A DNA stretch of 64,000 nt from Edaphocola sp. Lineage in GTDB: Bacteria; Bacteroidota; Bacteroidia; Chitinophagales; Chitinophagaceae. The stretch is from the NCBI GenBank assembly GCA_035444785.1, contig DAOMPL010000005.1, positions 34,289-98,288 of the forward strand, in the 5' to 3' direction. Within the stretch, counting starts at the first letter, position 1; each line of letters opens with the position of its first letter. Shown here in pieces: positions 47,156 through 56,068 of this stretch. A model generated the notes under the pieces. That model was not told where the DNA came from, did no database searches, and saw only the letters and a list, made by a program, of their open reading frames with translations. The position numbers and the translations under genes were made by a program.

Positions 47156-47206
47156 GGGTTGAGGGTTGAGGAATGAGGATTGAGGGATTGAGGGCTGAGG
47201 GTTGAG
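47156..47206 (+). repeat. G-rich heptad minisatellite (~7 units of GAGGGTT-like repeat)
   Basis: GGGTTGAGGGTTGAGGAATGAGGATTGAGGGATTGAGGGCTGAGGGTTGAG. Bracketed by the imperfect inverted repeat TCATTACGAGC (47124-47134) / GCTCTCGCAATGA (47229-47241). Confidence 0.8.
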
Positions 47207-47425
47207 CTACTGAATTACTTCAGGCAAAGCTCTCGCAATGACGAAAAAGAACGCAAAGAAAAATGTTTTTCATATTGGTTTAGAAAAACCGACTACCATT
47301 AAACTATACCCACAAAGGGAAGTAGGAAAAATTTCGGCAGGTATTATAGAGCGTGATTTGTAAGCTCATTCAATCATGAGAAAACCAATTTTTTTCCTAT
47401 TTTTACTTCAAGAATACTCATCAAC

Positions 47426-48007
47426 CTATTGATGTATTTTAACCCTAAAATATTGATTATTACCATATTTAATTGGTTTGATAGGCTTAGGAGGATTATT
47501 CTTAAAAGCATATTCTGCTAATTTTCCATTATATTCGAGACCATCAAAATAATAATTAAATGATTTTAAGGAGCAACCTTCTTTATTCCTAACCAAAATC
47601 TTTAAACTATCTGTAATGCCATCTGGGAACTTTATATACAAATACCCATTTTTTATATTGTTGTTTAAAGTATTTAAGGTTAAAGCCTGAAACCTTAAAG
47701 AAGACATAGGAGGTAAATCATCTATAAGCATTACATATAATTCAAAGCTATCAGATATTAAGTTGCTTGAGAACGACTTCCCTGAAGGATTCAATTTCAA
47801 AGTATCTACGCTCCCATCCTTATAATAATAATAAAATTTTGCATCCTTCATGTCGTATGGTAACTGAAAAGAGCTATCTATACTTTCAATATATAAATCA
47901 AACAACATTCCATTTGCAAGACTATAGCATTTTGTTTTAAAACAAGAGTTTAGCCCAAAAAGGAGTGTTGTTATACCTAATAAAAATACAATACTTAGTT
48001 TTTTCAT
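47426..48007 (-). CDS. Hypothetical lipoprotein (193 aa) immediately downstream of the C10 peptidase relic
   Basis: Lipobox LFGLNSC. No family recognised. Separated by 11 nt from ORF 48019..48315. Confidence 0.55.
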   Translation of the reverse strand: MKKLSIVFLLGITTLLFGLNSCFKTKCYSLANGMLFDLYIESIDSSFQLPYDMKDAKFYYYYKDGSVDTLKLNPSGKSFSSNLISDSFELYVMLIDDLPPMSSLRFQALTLNTLNNNIKNGYLYIKFPDGITDSLKILVRNKEGCSLKSFNYYFDGLEYNGKLAEYAFKNNPPKPIKPIKYGNNQYFRVKIHQ

Positions 48008-48018
48008 AATTAAAAATT

Positions 48019-48315
48019 TTATTTAGCTATATCATAAACCATACTTAAAGCCAATTCATAAGCCTCATCTTCTTCATAAGGCAACCAATTTTTCCATAAA
48101 CACCAGCCCTCGCTCAACTCATCCCCCCAACCCCAATTCATGTAAAAATAGAAAGTAGTAAAGGTACAATATTTTTCATGACGATATCCATCCAAAATCC
48201 AAGAATGAGCAATATTGAAAAGGCAAAAAAATTCTTTACTTATTGGATTGGTGAGGACGCCAACCCTGTGTGGAAAACAATAGCAATAATAAAGAAAATA
48301 GATAAAACAACCCAA
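48019..48315 (-). pseudogene. C-terminal relic of a C10 (streptopain/SpeB-like) cysteine peptidase
   Basis: AHSWILDGY...YFYMNWGWGDELSEGW matches the C10 His-box (HAFVIDG...HVNWGWGG..DGFF in SpeB). About 300 N-terminal residues, including the catalytic Cys, are absent. The 5' part of the ORF is the dispersed repeat. Confidence 0.6.
48245..48277 (+). repeat. Dispersed ~33-nt repeat, copy 3 (GGATTGGTGAGGACGCCAACCCTGTGTGGAAAA)
   Basis: Aligns with copies 1 and 2. Sits at the truncation point of the C10 relic. Confidence 0.55.
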
Positions 48316-48424
48316 ATAATCTTCTTCATAAAAATTTAAATTTACAAAAAAACCGCTTATTGAACTCCTCTCTGTGATTTCTTTTATGAAAACAATAAAA
48401 TATTTTATTAAAAATGCAAAGATT

Positions 48425-48485
48425 ACAAATCAAATCTCTAAATTTTATTTGTTACAAAAATTTATGCTGCCATTCCTTTTTGGGG
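48425..48485. repeat. Direct repeat DR2: authentic 3' end and downstream flank of the DCC-family gene
   Basis: Partner of DR1. Core AAATTTATGCTGCCATTCCTTTTTGGGG lies at 48458-48485. Confidence 0.6.
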
Positions 48486-48853
48486 AGTTCACAATTATTA
48501 TTTGGAAAAAACTTCAATCGATTACGGGCAATAATATCATAAACTTTATTGGATAATCCTCTAGGAAGATACAGCGCTAAAGCCGAAATCGTTTTTAAAA
48601 ACCGTAAATGCTTCCCTATTTTTAAAACCGCTTCTGATTGCTCATAAGCGGTTTCTTTTTCTATCAAAACAATACTGTCCGATTGAATATTATATTGCTC
48701 TTTAATGGCAATACCCAAGGGCGATTGTAAAGCAACAAAACGAAAATAATCTTTTTGATCTCTTTTCAATATAAAAAGAACACTTCTATTGCAAAAGCCA
48801 CAATCGCCGTCATATAGAACGAGTGCATTTTTATAAGTATCAATAGACTTCAT
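48452..48853 (-). CDS. Thiol-disulfide oxidoreductase DCC family protein (DUF393)
   Basis: 133 aa. N-terminal LVLYDGDCGFCNRSV is the DCC motif. Confidence 0.8.
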   Translation of the reverse strand: MKSIDTYKNALVLYDGDCGFCNRSVLFILKRDQKDYFRFVALQSPLGIAIKEQYNIQSDSIVLIEKETAYEQSEAVLKIGKHLRFLKTISALALYLPRGLSNKVYDIIARNRLKFFPNNNCELPKKEWQHKFL

Positions 48854-49879
48854 CTATGCTTTTTCTTTTGCCAGAGCTTGCTCCCACTGCCAGGCTGTAC
48901 GCATCATATCAATAATATTGTACTGGGGCGTCCAGGTTAATTCTTTTTGTGCTTTACTATTATTGGCATATACTTTTATTACATCTCCCTCTCTTTTTAG
49001 TCCTAAATCATAATTCAACTGCACCCCTGATACTTCTTCAAAAGCCTTAATCAACTCTAAAACAGTAACCCCTGTACCGGTACCGAGGTTATACACTTCG
49101 CAATTGGAAGGCAAAGCTTTTTTTAAAGATTGCTGTACCGCCAAAGTATGTGCATGGGCAATATCGGAAACATGAATATAATCGCGGATACAAGAGCCGT
49201 CCCGGGTATCGTAATCTGTTCCGAAAACGGTCATAGAAGGGCGGATGCCAATGGCAGTCTGGGTAACTATGGGCACTAAGTTTTCCGGCCGCTTATTCAG
49301 CTCTCCAATAATAGCTGAAACATGAGCCCCCACGGGGTTAAAATACCGAAGCAAAACGATATTAAAATCCTTATGTGCCTTTGCAAAGTTCTCGCAAATA
49401 GCCTCTCCTATTTGCTTTGTATGTGCATAAGGAGACTCTGCTGTTTTCAATGGAGCAGATTCTGTTACCGGCAATTCATCGGCATTTCCATATACAGAAC
49501 AAGAAGAAGAAAAAACAATATTTTTAACCTTGTATTGCTTTGCCAATGCCAGAATGTTCAACAAAGAACCAATATTATTTTCATAATACATCAATGGCTC
49601 CTCCACAGATTCGGGAACGGATTTATAAGCTGCAAAATGTATGATGCCATCCAAATCCGGATGAGCTATAAAGACTTTTTCTGCAGCAACTTTATCGCTT
49701 AAATCGACTTCAAAATTTTCTATTTTTTTGTTTAATAATTGTCCTACCCTATCATTCATCTCTTTAAACCCTCTGGACAAGTTGTCAACAGAAACTACTT
49801 CATGTCCATTTTCCACCAAATCTACTATAGTATGACTGCCTATATAACCACAACCACCGGTTACTAATATTTTACCCAT
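48854..49879 (-). CDS. galE: UDP-glucose 4-epimerase
   Basis: Start at MGKILVTGGCGYIGSH (ATG 49879). YxxxK (YAHTKQ) is present. The track start (TTG 49909) lies inside the -7 box. Confidence 0.9.
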   Translation of the reverse strand: MGKILVTGGCGYIGSHTIVDLVENGHEVVSVDNLSRGFKEMNDRVGQLLNKKIENFEVDLSDKVAAEKVFIAHPDLDGIIHFAAYKSVPESVEEPLMYYENNIGSLLNILALAKQYKVKNIVFSSSCSVYGNADELPVTESAPLKTAESPYAHTKQIGEAICENFAKAHKDFNIVLLRYFNPVGAHVSAIIGELNKRPENLVPIVTQTAIGIRPSMTVFGTDYDTRDGSCIRDYIHVSDIAHAHTLAVQQSLKKALPSNCEVYNLGTGTGVTVLELIKAFEEVSGVQLNYDLGLKREGDVIKVYANNSKAQKELTWTPQYNIIDMMRTAWQWEQALAKEKA

Positions 49880-49906
49880 AGAATACTCGTTTTTTAATAT
49901 TTTTTG

Positions 49907-49914
49907 CAAAGATA
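49907..49914 (-). promoter_or_regulatory. -7 box TATCTTTG upstream of galE
   Basis: Plus strand CAAAGATA. Lies 28 nt upstream of ATG 49879. Confidence 0.4.
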
Positions 49915-49954
49915 TGGGTTTCTGAGATGGCTTTTAATGATAAGACAATAAAGA

Positions 49955-50563
49955 CTATCTTAAATTTCTCTTTTCAAACTCAATAAACAATTCATTCCCG
50001 GCACGGGGAGCAATACTATTTAGGCAGGTATCCAAATTTTTTATTTCAAAAAGCTCTTGAAACAACCTATGATATTCCTCTTTGCTACCACCATGCGGCG
50101 GACCTTCTTTTTCAAATTCAATACCAAACAACAACCCTATTATTTTACCATTCTGTTTTAGTAAAGATGTTGCTTTTTCAACATAAGCTTTCCGCAAATT
50201 TCTATCAATGGCACAGAAGAATGTTTGTTCTACCATCACATCAAAACTGCCATCCATTTCGAAAAAATTGCCACAAATAATATTTATATTCTCACTCCCT
50301 CTAAATTTTTCTTTTAATATTTCTACGGCTTTAGGTGCTATATCTACAAGCGTTATATCCTTAAATCCTTGCTGTAACAGCCATTCGGCTTCATAAGCAT
50401 TGCCACAACCCGGAATTAATATTGCAGCATCTTTGCTGACCTTCTCTTGCATATATTCACAAATACTTGGTGATGGATAGCCTATATCCCAACCAGTTTG
50501 ACCCTGTTGCCATCGTTCATTCCAAAACGCTAAACGATAATCATCATTATTTTTCTTTTCCAT
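49955..50563 (-). CDS. TPMT-family SAM-dependent methyltransferase
   Basis: 202 aa. FWNERWQQGQTGWDIG...ILIPGCGNAYEAEWL...LVDIAPKAV is the thiopurine/halide methyltransferase-like pattern. Confidence 0.65.
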   Translation of the reverse strand: MEKKNNDDYRLAFWNERWQQGQTGWDIGYPSPSICEYMQEKVSKDAAILIPGCGNAYEAEWLLQQGFKDITLVDIAPKAVEILKEKFRGSENINIICGNFFEMDGSFDVMVEQTFFCAIDRNLRKAYVEKATSLLKQNGKIIGLLFGIEFEKEGPPHGGSKEEYHRLFQELFEIKNLDTCLNSIAPRAGNELFIEFEKRNLR

Positions 50564-50570
50564 GACAAAT

Positions 50571-51035
50571 TTAATATTTTGATATTAAGTTTTCTAAAAT
50601 CGATTTACAACCCGCCTCAATTTCTTTAAAAACAGGCAAATAACCTTCATCTCCTCCAAACCAAGGATCGAGTACGTCTTTTTGAGTACCCGAATATAAA
50701 TCTTCCAAGAAAAAACTTACTTTTTCCTTAGCTGCATTATATGGAGCTAGTCGAATCACATCCCTATAAACATCTGCTGCCATGACATAAATTTTATCGT
50801 AATCTTCAAAATCTTCAGAGGCAAACCTTGTCGCTCTTTGACTGCTAATATCGTAACCATGCTGTTTGCATACCTTTTGAGAACTCGGATGTGGTGACTC
50901 CCCAGTATGATAACCATTGATACCGGATGAGGCAACTTCCCAATCTAATCCTTTTTCTTTTAGCATTGCCTTCATTATTCCTTCAGCCATCGGAGACCGA
51001 CAAATATTGCCTAAACAGACCATTAATAGTTTCAT
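50571..51035 (-). CDS. Low molecular weight protein-tyrosine phosphatase
   Basis: 154 aa. LMVCLGNICRSPMAEG CX5R(S) loop and a downstream DP motif (VLDPWFG). Confidence 0.85.
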   Translation of the reverse strand: MKLLMVCLGNICRSPMAEGIMKAMLKEKGLDWEVASSGINGYHTGESPHPSSQKVCKQHGYDISSQRATRFASEDFEDYDKIYVMAADVYRDVIRLAPYNAAKEKVSFFLEDLYSGTQKDVLDPWFGGDEGYLPVFKEIEAGCKSILENLISKY

Positions 51036-51202
51036 TATTGATTTAAACTTTTATTTTTTTCAAAATTACAAAAACATTCTTCAGTAAACAGGATTACAAG
51101 TATCGTCCAATTAATAAAACGGAATTCCTACCATTATCCATAAAAAAACAGGCTTTTATAAAAGAAATATTTAAATAGTCATTGAATAAATTACAATATA
51201 TT

Positions 51203-51232
51203 TTTGATATAACACAAATTTGTTTAAATTTG
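51203..51232 (+). promoter_or_regulatory. Promoter of the PpiD-like gene (-33 TTTG, -7 TAAATTTG)
   Basis: TTTG at 51203-51206 and TAnnTTTG at 51225-51232 with an 18-nt spacer, 32 nt upstream of the ATG. Confidence 0.45.
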
Positions 51233-51263
51233 CCGACTTTATTGAAAAAAACTTAATAAGAAT

Positions 51264-53429
51264 ATGGCAATTATTCAAAGTATCCGTGACAAATACGCAA
51301 AGCTTGCGGGAGGTGTTATCGTTTTAGCCTTAGTTGGATTTATTTTAATGGATTCTACCAGTGGAGGTAGAGGCGGTGGGCTTTTTGGACCCAGCACAAC
51401 CGTTGCGAAAGTAAACGGAGAAAAAATAGATGTTCAGGAATACGACCAACTATTAAGATCGCAAGAAGACCAAATGCGTAACCAAGGAAGACCTACAGAT
51501 GAAAATGCAACGGCACAATTGAGAGATCAGGTGTTGAACCAAATGGTTATGGACAAAATCACAGGAGAACTTCAAGAAAAACTGGGATTAACTGTTAGTG
51601 AAGCAGAATTAAAAGAGATGTTGAATCCTGCAAATCCGGATGCTATGGTGCGTCAAGCCTTTACCAATCCTCAAACAGGAGCTTTTGATGCCGATCAAGC
51701 AGCTACCATAATTAACCAATACGAAAAAACTAAAGACCCAAAACAAAAAGCAGAATGGGATGCCTTTAAAAAGCAATTGAGCGATGGTAAAGAACATGCC
51801 AAACTTACCGCTTTACTAAACAGTGCCTATTATACCCCAAAATTTGTTTTAGATGATTTGCATAGTGATCAAACCAATATGGCCAATATCTCTTATGTAA
51901 ATCTTCCATACACTTTAGTTCCAGATGATAAAGTGAAGGTAAGCGATGAGGACATCAATAAATATATTGCTGCACACAAAACTAATTTTGAGATAAAAGA
52001 AGAAAACAGAACTGCGCAGTTTGTTACTTTCACCATCAACCCATCAACAGAAGACTCTAACAGAGTAAGAAAAGAATTGGACGATATTAAAGGTGAATTT
52101 GAAACTACTGATAATATTGATGCTTTTGTTAAAAGAAATTCATCTGTTCAAATGCCGGTATCTTTCCTAACAGAGCAGAGCCTTAGCCAAATGCAAATTG
52201 CTAATGTAGTAAATGAAGCAGCTACTGGCGCCATCGTTGGTCCTTTTAATTATGGTCAAGATTTAGCCATTGCAAAAGTTATCTCAAGAGCTACTTTACC
52301 AGATTCAGTTAAAGTTCGCCATATTTTGATAGCCATGAAACAAAATGGACAAAACGGCCCTGAAAACGTTCGTACCGAAGCTCAAGCACAAGCAAGAATG
52401 GACAGTATGTTAGCTTTAGAGAAATCCGGTGTGCCTTTTGATTCATTAATTACTAAGTTCTCTGATGACAATATTGCACAAAATCCTACGGGCGAATACA
52501 ATCTTCCTTTAAGCCAAAGAAGTGCTTACACTAAAGAATTTGGTGATTATGCCTTTAGCGGTGCTCCTGCCGGATCTTCAAAAGTGGTAAAAGTAGAATC
52601 TCCAGGGTATTCCGGATTACACTATATCCAAATCATGAGTAAAAGTGCTAAAGTAGAGCCTACTACTCAATTAGCGATTATCGTAAAATCTCTAAGTCCT
52701 GATAAGAATACTTATTCTTCAGTTTATGGTAAGGCTTCTGCTTTTGCTAATAAAGTGGCTGCTAATCCTAAAGATTTTGAAAAAGAAGCAACAGTAGCAG
52801 CTCTTCAAGTTCAAGATGCTCCGGGCTTAAATCAAAACAGCTATATGGTACAAGGTTTAGGTGCTTCTACTGATTTGGTTAAATGGGCTTATGGTGCTAA
52901 AGCTGGAGAAGTTTCTCCTATCTTTACCGTTGGTGGTGATAAAATCGTAGTGGCTAAATTAACAGCTATTAACGCTCCAGGATTATTAAAACCTACTGGA
53001 AGCATGAAATTAAATATTGAATCATTGGTTCGTAATCAGAAAAAAGCTCAATATTTGATTGATGCTAATAAATCAAAAAAATCACTTGCTGAAATAGCTG
53101 GCGCTAATAATGTAGAAGTAGCACAAGCAGACTCTGTAAACTTTGCAGCTCAAATGATTCCAAACATCGGTAATGAAGCGAAGTTATTAGGATACACCTT
53201 CTTCAAAGGTTTCAAAGACAACACCTTAAGCCCTGGTATCGCCGGAATGGGCAGCCTATACTACATTACAGTAAATAGCCGTAATAAAGTAGAAGGCCCA
53301 GCTAGAGATGTTAAGATGGAAAGAATGATGGCAGAGATGCAATTTAAAGGTAGAATGTCTCAAATGATTTTAGAAGACTTACGTCAAGCTGCCGATGTGA
53401 AAGACACAAGATATAAAGTTTACAAATAA
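51264..53429 (+). CDS. Periplasmic chaperone / peptidylprolyl isomerase (PpiD/SurA-like)
   Basis: 721 aa. N-terminal membrane anchor (MAIIQSIRDKYAKLAGGVIVLALVGFILM), a SurA-N-like region, and a parvulin-like segment (VKVRHILIA). Confidence 0.8.
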   Translation: MAIIQSIRDKYAKLAGGVIVLALVGFILMDSTSGGRGGGLFGPSTTVAKVNGEKIDVQEYDQLLRSQEDQMRNQGRPTDENATAQLRDQVLNQMVMDKITGELQEKLGLTVSEAELKEMLNPANPDAMVRQAFTNPQTGAFDADQAATIINQYEKTKDPKQKAEWDAFKKQLSDGKEHAKLTALLNSAYYTPKFVLDDLHSDQTNMANISYVNLPYTLVPDDKVKVSDEDINKYIAAHKTNFEIKEENRTAQFVTFTINPSTEDSNRVRKELDDIKGEFETTDNIDAFVKRNSSVQMPVSFLTEQSLSQMQIANVVNEAATGAIVGPFNYGQDLAIAKVISRATLPDSVKVRHILIAMKQNGQNGPENVRTEAQAQARMDSMLALEKSGVPFDSLITKFSDDNIAQNPTGEYNLPLSQRSAYTKEFGDYAFSGAPAGSSKVVKVESPGYSGLHYIQIMSKSAKVEPTTQLAIIVKSLSPDKNTYSSVYGKASAFANKVAANPKDFEKEATVAALQVQDAPGLNQNSYMVQGLGASTDLVKWAYGAKAGEVSPIFTVGGDKIVVAKLTAINAPGLLKPTGSMKLNIESLVRNQKKAQYLIDANKSKKSLAEIAGANNVEVAQADSVNFAAQMIPNIGNEAKLLGYTFFKGFKDNTLSPGIAGMGSLYYITVNSRNKVEGPARDVKMERMMAEMQFKGRMSQMILEDLRQAADVKDTRYKVYK

Positions 53430-53448
53430 TCTTTTCACTATTTTTTTA

Positions 53449-53479
53449 AGAGCCTGAAAATTTCCAGGCTCTTTTTTTT
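53449..53479 (+). terminator. Rho-independent terminator of the PpiD-like gene
   Basis: AGAGCCTG / CAGGCTCT stem followed by TTTTTTTT. Confidence 0.7.
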
Positions 53480-53551
53480 ATTTTATCCCCTCCTAAGCCC
53501 ATTTGCATTATCTTTGCCCAATACAAAATATAGATTAGTCTTCCTCTCAAC

Positions 53552-54661
53552 ATGCATTCAAAACAAAGGCTCATTTTTACGGTTACCAACGATTTGAATT
53601 ATGACCAGCGTATGATCCGGATTTGTACCAGCTTGGCTCAGGCAGGTTATCAGGTTACTTTAGTGGGTGTAAAAAGAAAGAAAAGTCAGAATTTAATTTC
53701 AAGACCTTTTATTCAAAAAAGACTACCCATTTTTGCAGAAACCGGACCCATGTTTTATTTGGGATATTGGCTGGTATTATTTTTTTATTTATTGTTTAAA
53801 AAGGCTGATGTTGTTTGTGCTATTGACTTAGACACCATTCTCCCGGTATTATTTTCCAGTAAATTAAAAGGAACAAAAAGAGTGTATGATGCTCATGAAA
53901 TTTTCACGGAGATGAAAGAAGTCGTAACCCGGCCCAAGCAAGCAAAATTCTGGAACTGGCTGGCAGACTATTCAGTTCCTCAATTTAAAAACGGCTATAC
54001 TGTGGGAAATTATTGTGCTCAATATTTAGAAAAAAGACATGGTGTAAAATATCCTGTCATCACTAATGCTACGCTATTAAGACCATTAGAGGAAATTCCA
54101 GATAGAGATAGCAATCCTTTTATTCTCTATCAAGGTGCAGTCAATAAAGGCAGATGTTTTGAAGAGTTGATTCCTGCCATGCAATGGGTGAACACACCTT
54201 TGTTAATATGTGGAGCAGGCAATTTTTTGGAAGAAGCCAAAGCACTCACCAAGAAGTTTGAACTAGAAAACAAAATCATATTTAAAGGTTATGTAACTCC
54301 GGATGAACTTTGGCATATCACCCGAAAAGCAAAGATTGGATTAATTCTATTAGATGATGTTTCTCAAAACAATGTCTATTCTTTAGCCAATCGTGTTTTC
54401 GATTATATGCATAATGCCGTGCCACAAGTCTCTATGGATTTTCCTGAATATAAGGCTATCAATGAAAAATTTGAAATTGCTTTATTATTAAAAGCGCCAC
54501 TTACTCCAGAATCTATAGCTAAGGGCATCAATACGCTTTTAGAGGACAAGGAACTATATCAAAGATTATTGGAAAATAGTTTGAAAGCACGGAAAGAAAT
54601 CAATTGGCAAGAAAACGAGAAAGAATTATTACTCTTTTATAAAAACTTATTGAAAAAATAG
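53552..54661 (+). CDS. Glycosyltransferase family 4
   Basis: 369 aa with a GT-B fold pattern. C-terminal domain with LYQGAVNKGRCFEELI...GYV...A and E..Y motifs. Confidence 0.75.
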   Translation: MHSKQRLIFTVTNDLNYDQRMIRICTSLAQAGYQVTLVGVKRKKSQNLISRPFIQKRLPIFAETGPMFYLGYWLVLFFYLLFKKADVVCAIDLDTILPVLFSSKLKGTKRVYDAHEIFTEMKEVVTRPKQAKFWNWLADYSVPQFKNGYTVGNYCAQYLEKRHGVKYPVITNATLLRPLEEIPDRDSNPFILYQGAVNKGRCFEELIPAMQWVNTPLLICGAGNFLEEAKALTKKFELENKIIFKGYVTPDELWHITRKAKIGLILLDDVSQNNVYSLANRVFDYMHNAVPQVSMDFPEYKAINEKFEIALLLKAPLTPESIAKGINTLLEDKELYQRLLENSLKARKEINWQENEKELLLFYKNLLKK

Positions 54662-55426
54662 ATGAATATTTCTGTCGTCATACCTATGTATAATGCAGCA
54701 ACAACAATAGTTGCAACGGTAGAAAGTTGTCTAAACCAGAGCTTAAAACCCACTGAAATTATTATTGTGGATGATGCCAGTACTGATAATTGTAGGGAAA
54801 TAGTCCTTCAAACTTTTAGCAACACGGTACAATTAATAGCTTTAGAATCGAATCGAGGACCTTCTTTTGCCAGAAACAAAGGTTGGGATATAGCCCAAGG
54901 TGATTATGTTGCGTTTGTGGATAGCGATGATGAATGGCATCCACAAAAATTAGAAATATTTTCGAAAATATTGGAACAGAAGCAAACCATAAACTTTTGG
55001 TTTCATCAGTATGCTACCCAACTTTCTCAAAATGCTATCCCTCTTGACAAACAACCGAAATCTACAGCAGTAGATTTCAAAAAATTGCTGGTAAAAAATC
55101 CGGTTTCTTCCAGTGCCATTATCTTTAAAAGAACATTACCTATCCGTTTTGACCCGACCATGAGGTATTGTGAAGATTATGATCTTGCATTAAGAACGGT
55201 TTACCAATATGGAGCCTATTATTCGCCTTTAATTCTTACAAAAATAGGAAGACCGGTTTTATCAAAAGGAGGAGCCAGTGCCCAAAAATGGAAAATGAGA
55301 AAAGGAGAAATCAAAAGCTATTTTAAATTAGGGCAATTAAATTCAGGTTTTTACTTCTTATTCCCATTACAACTACTTTGGAGTATGATAAAACATCTTA
55401 AAACAATAATTTCTTTATCAAAATGA
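54662..55426 (+). CDS. Glycosyltransferase family 2
   Basis: 254 aa. ISVVIPMYNAA...IIIVDDASTDN...FVDSDDEW, the canonical GT2 DxD layout. The ATG abuts the upstream TAG. Confidence 0.85.
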   Translation: MNISVVIPMYNAATTIVATVESCLNQSLKPTEIIIVDDASTDNCREIVLQTFSNTVQLIALESNRGPSFARNKGWDIAQGDYVAFVDSDDEWHPQKLEIFSKILEQKQTINFWFHQYATQLSQNAIPLDKQPKSTAVDFKKLLVKNPVSSSAIIFKRTLPIRFDPTMRYCEDYDLALRTVYQYGAYYSPLILTKIGRPVLSKGGASAQKWKMRKGEIKSYFKLGQLNSGFYFLFPLQLLWSMIKHLKTIISLSK

Positions 55427-55944
55427 TACAAATTCACTATTATAAAAGTCCTTTAGGCGTACTCATTTTAGGTGATTATCAAGGGAAATTATGTATGGCA
55501 GATTGGCAATACAGGAAAATGCGTAATGCCATAGATCAAAGGATAAAAAATTTTTTTCAAACTGATTTTATTGAAGCATTAAGCCCTTTACACCAAGAAA
55601 CCATCAAGCAATTAGAAGCCTATTTTCAAAAAGAAAGAAAAACATTCAACCTTCCAATAGTCTTTGCAGGAACAGATTTTCAAGTGAAGGTTTGGGAGCA
55701 GCTCCTTCAAATTCCTTATGGCAATACCCTATCCTATCTTCAACTCAGTAAGATTTTAGGTAACGAAAAAACTATTAGAGCCGTAGCCACTGCCAATGGA
55801 GCCAATGCCCTCTCCATCATAGTGCCTTGTCATAGAGTGATTGGTTCAAATGGGGAATTGACCAGTTATGCCGGAGGACTTACAGCAAAAAGAAAACTAT
55901 TAGATATCGAAAGCAGACATCCTATCACAACCCTTTTTGATTAG
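55423..55944 (+). CDS. ogt: Methylated-DNA--protein-cysteine methyltransferase
   Basis: 173 aa with active site IIVPCHRVIGSNGELTSYAGG. 4-nt ATGA overlap with the GT2 gene. Confidence 0.9.
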   Translation: MIQIHYYKSPLGVLILGDYQGKLCMADWQYRKMRNAIDQRIKNFFQTDFIEALSPLHQETIKQLEAYFQKERKTFNLPIVFAGTDFQVKVWEQLLQIPYGNTLSYLQLSKILGNEKTIRAVATANGANALSIIVPCHRVIGSNGELTSYAGGLTAKRKLLDIESRHPITTLFD

Positions 55945-56068
55945 AAATGGACCTATTCCTCAATTTCCAATAATATTTCTCTTCAAACATTCCATATTTA
56001 AGAAAAGTTTACCCTTGCATAAAATATAAAAGCCGTAAAATTGCATACTTAAACAAACTGATTCAAAA

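Noticed and set aside
47156-47206. Whether the tandem G-rich repeat could be a CRISPR array or a coding repeat.
   Set aside because: The units are 7 nt with no spacers, so this is not a CRISPR array. No long ORF crosses the array in any frame.
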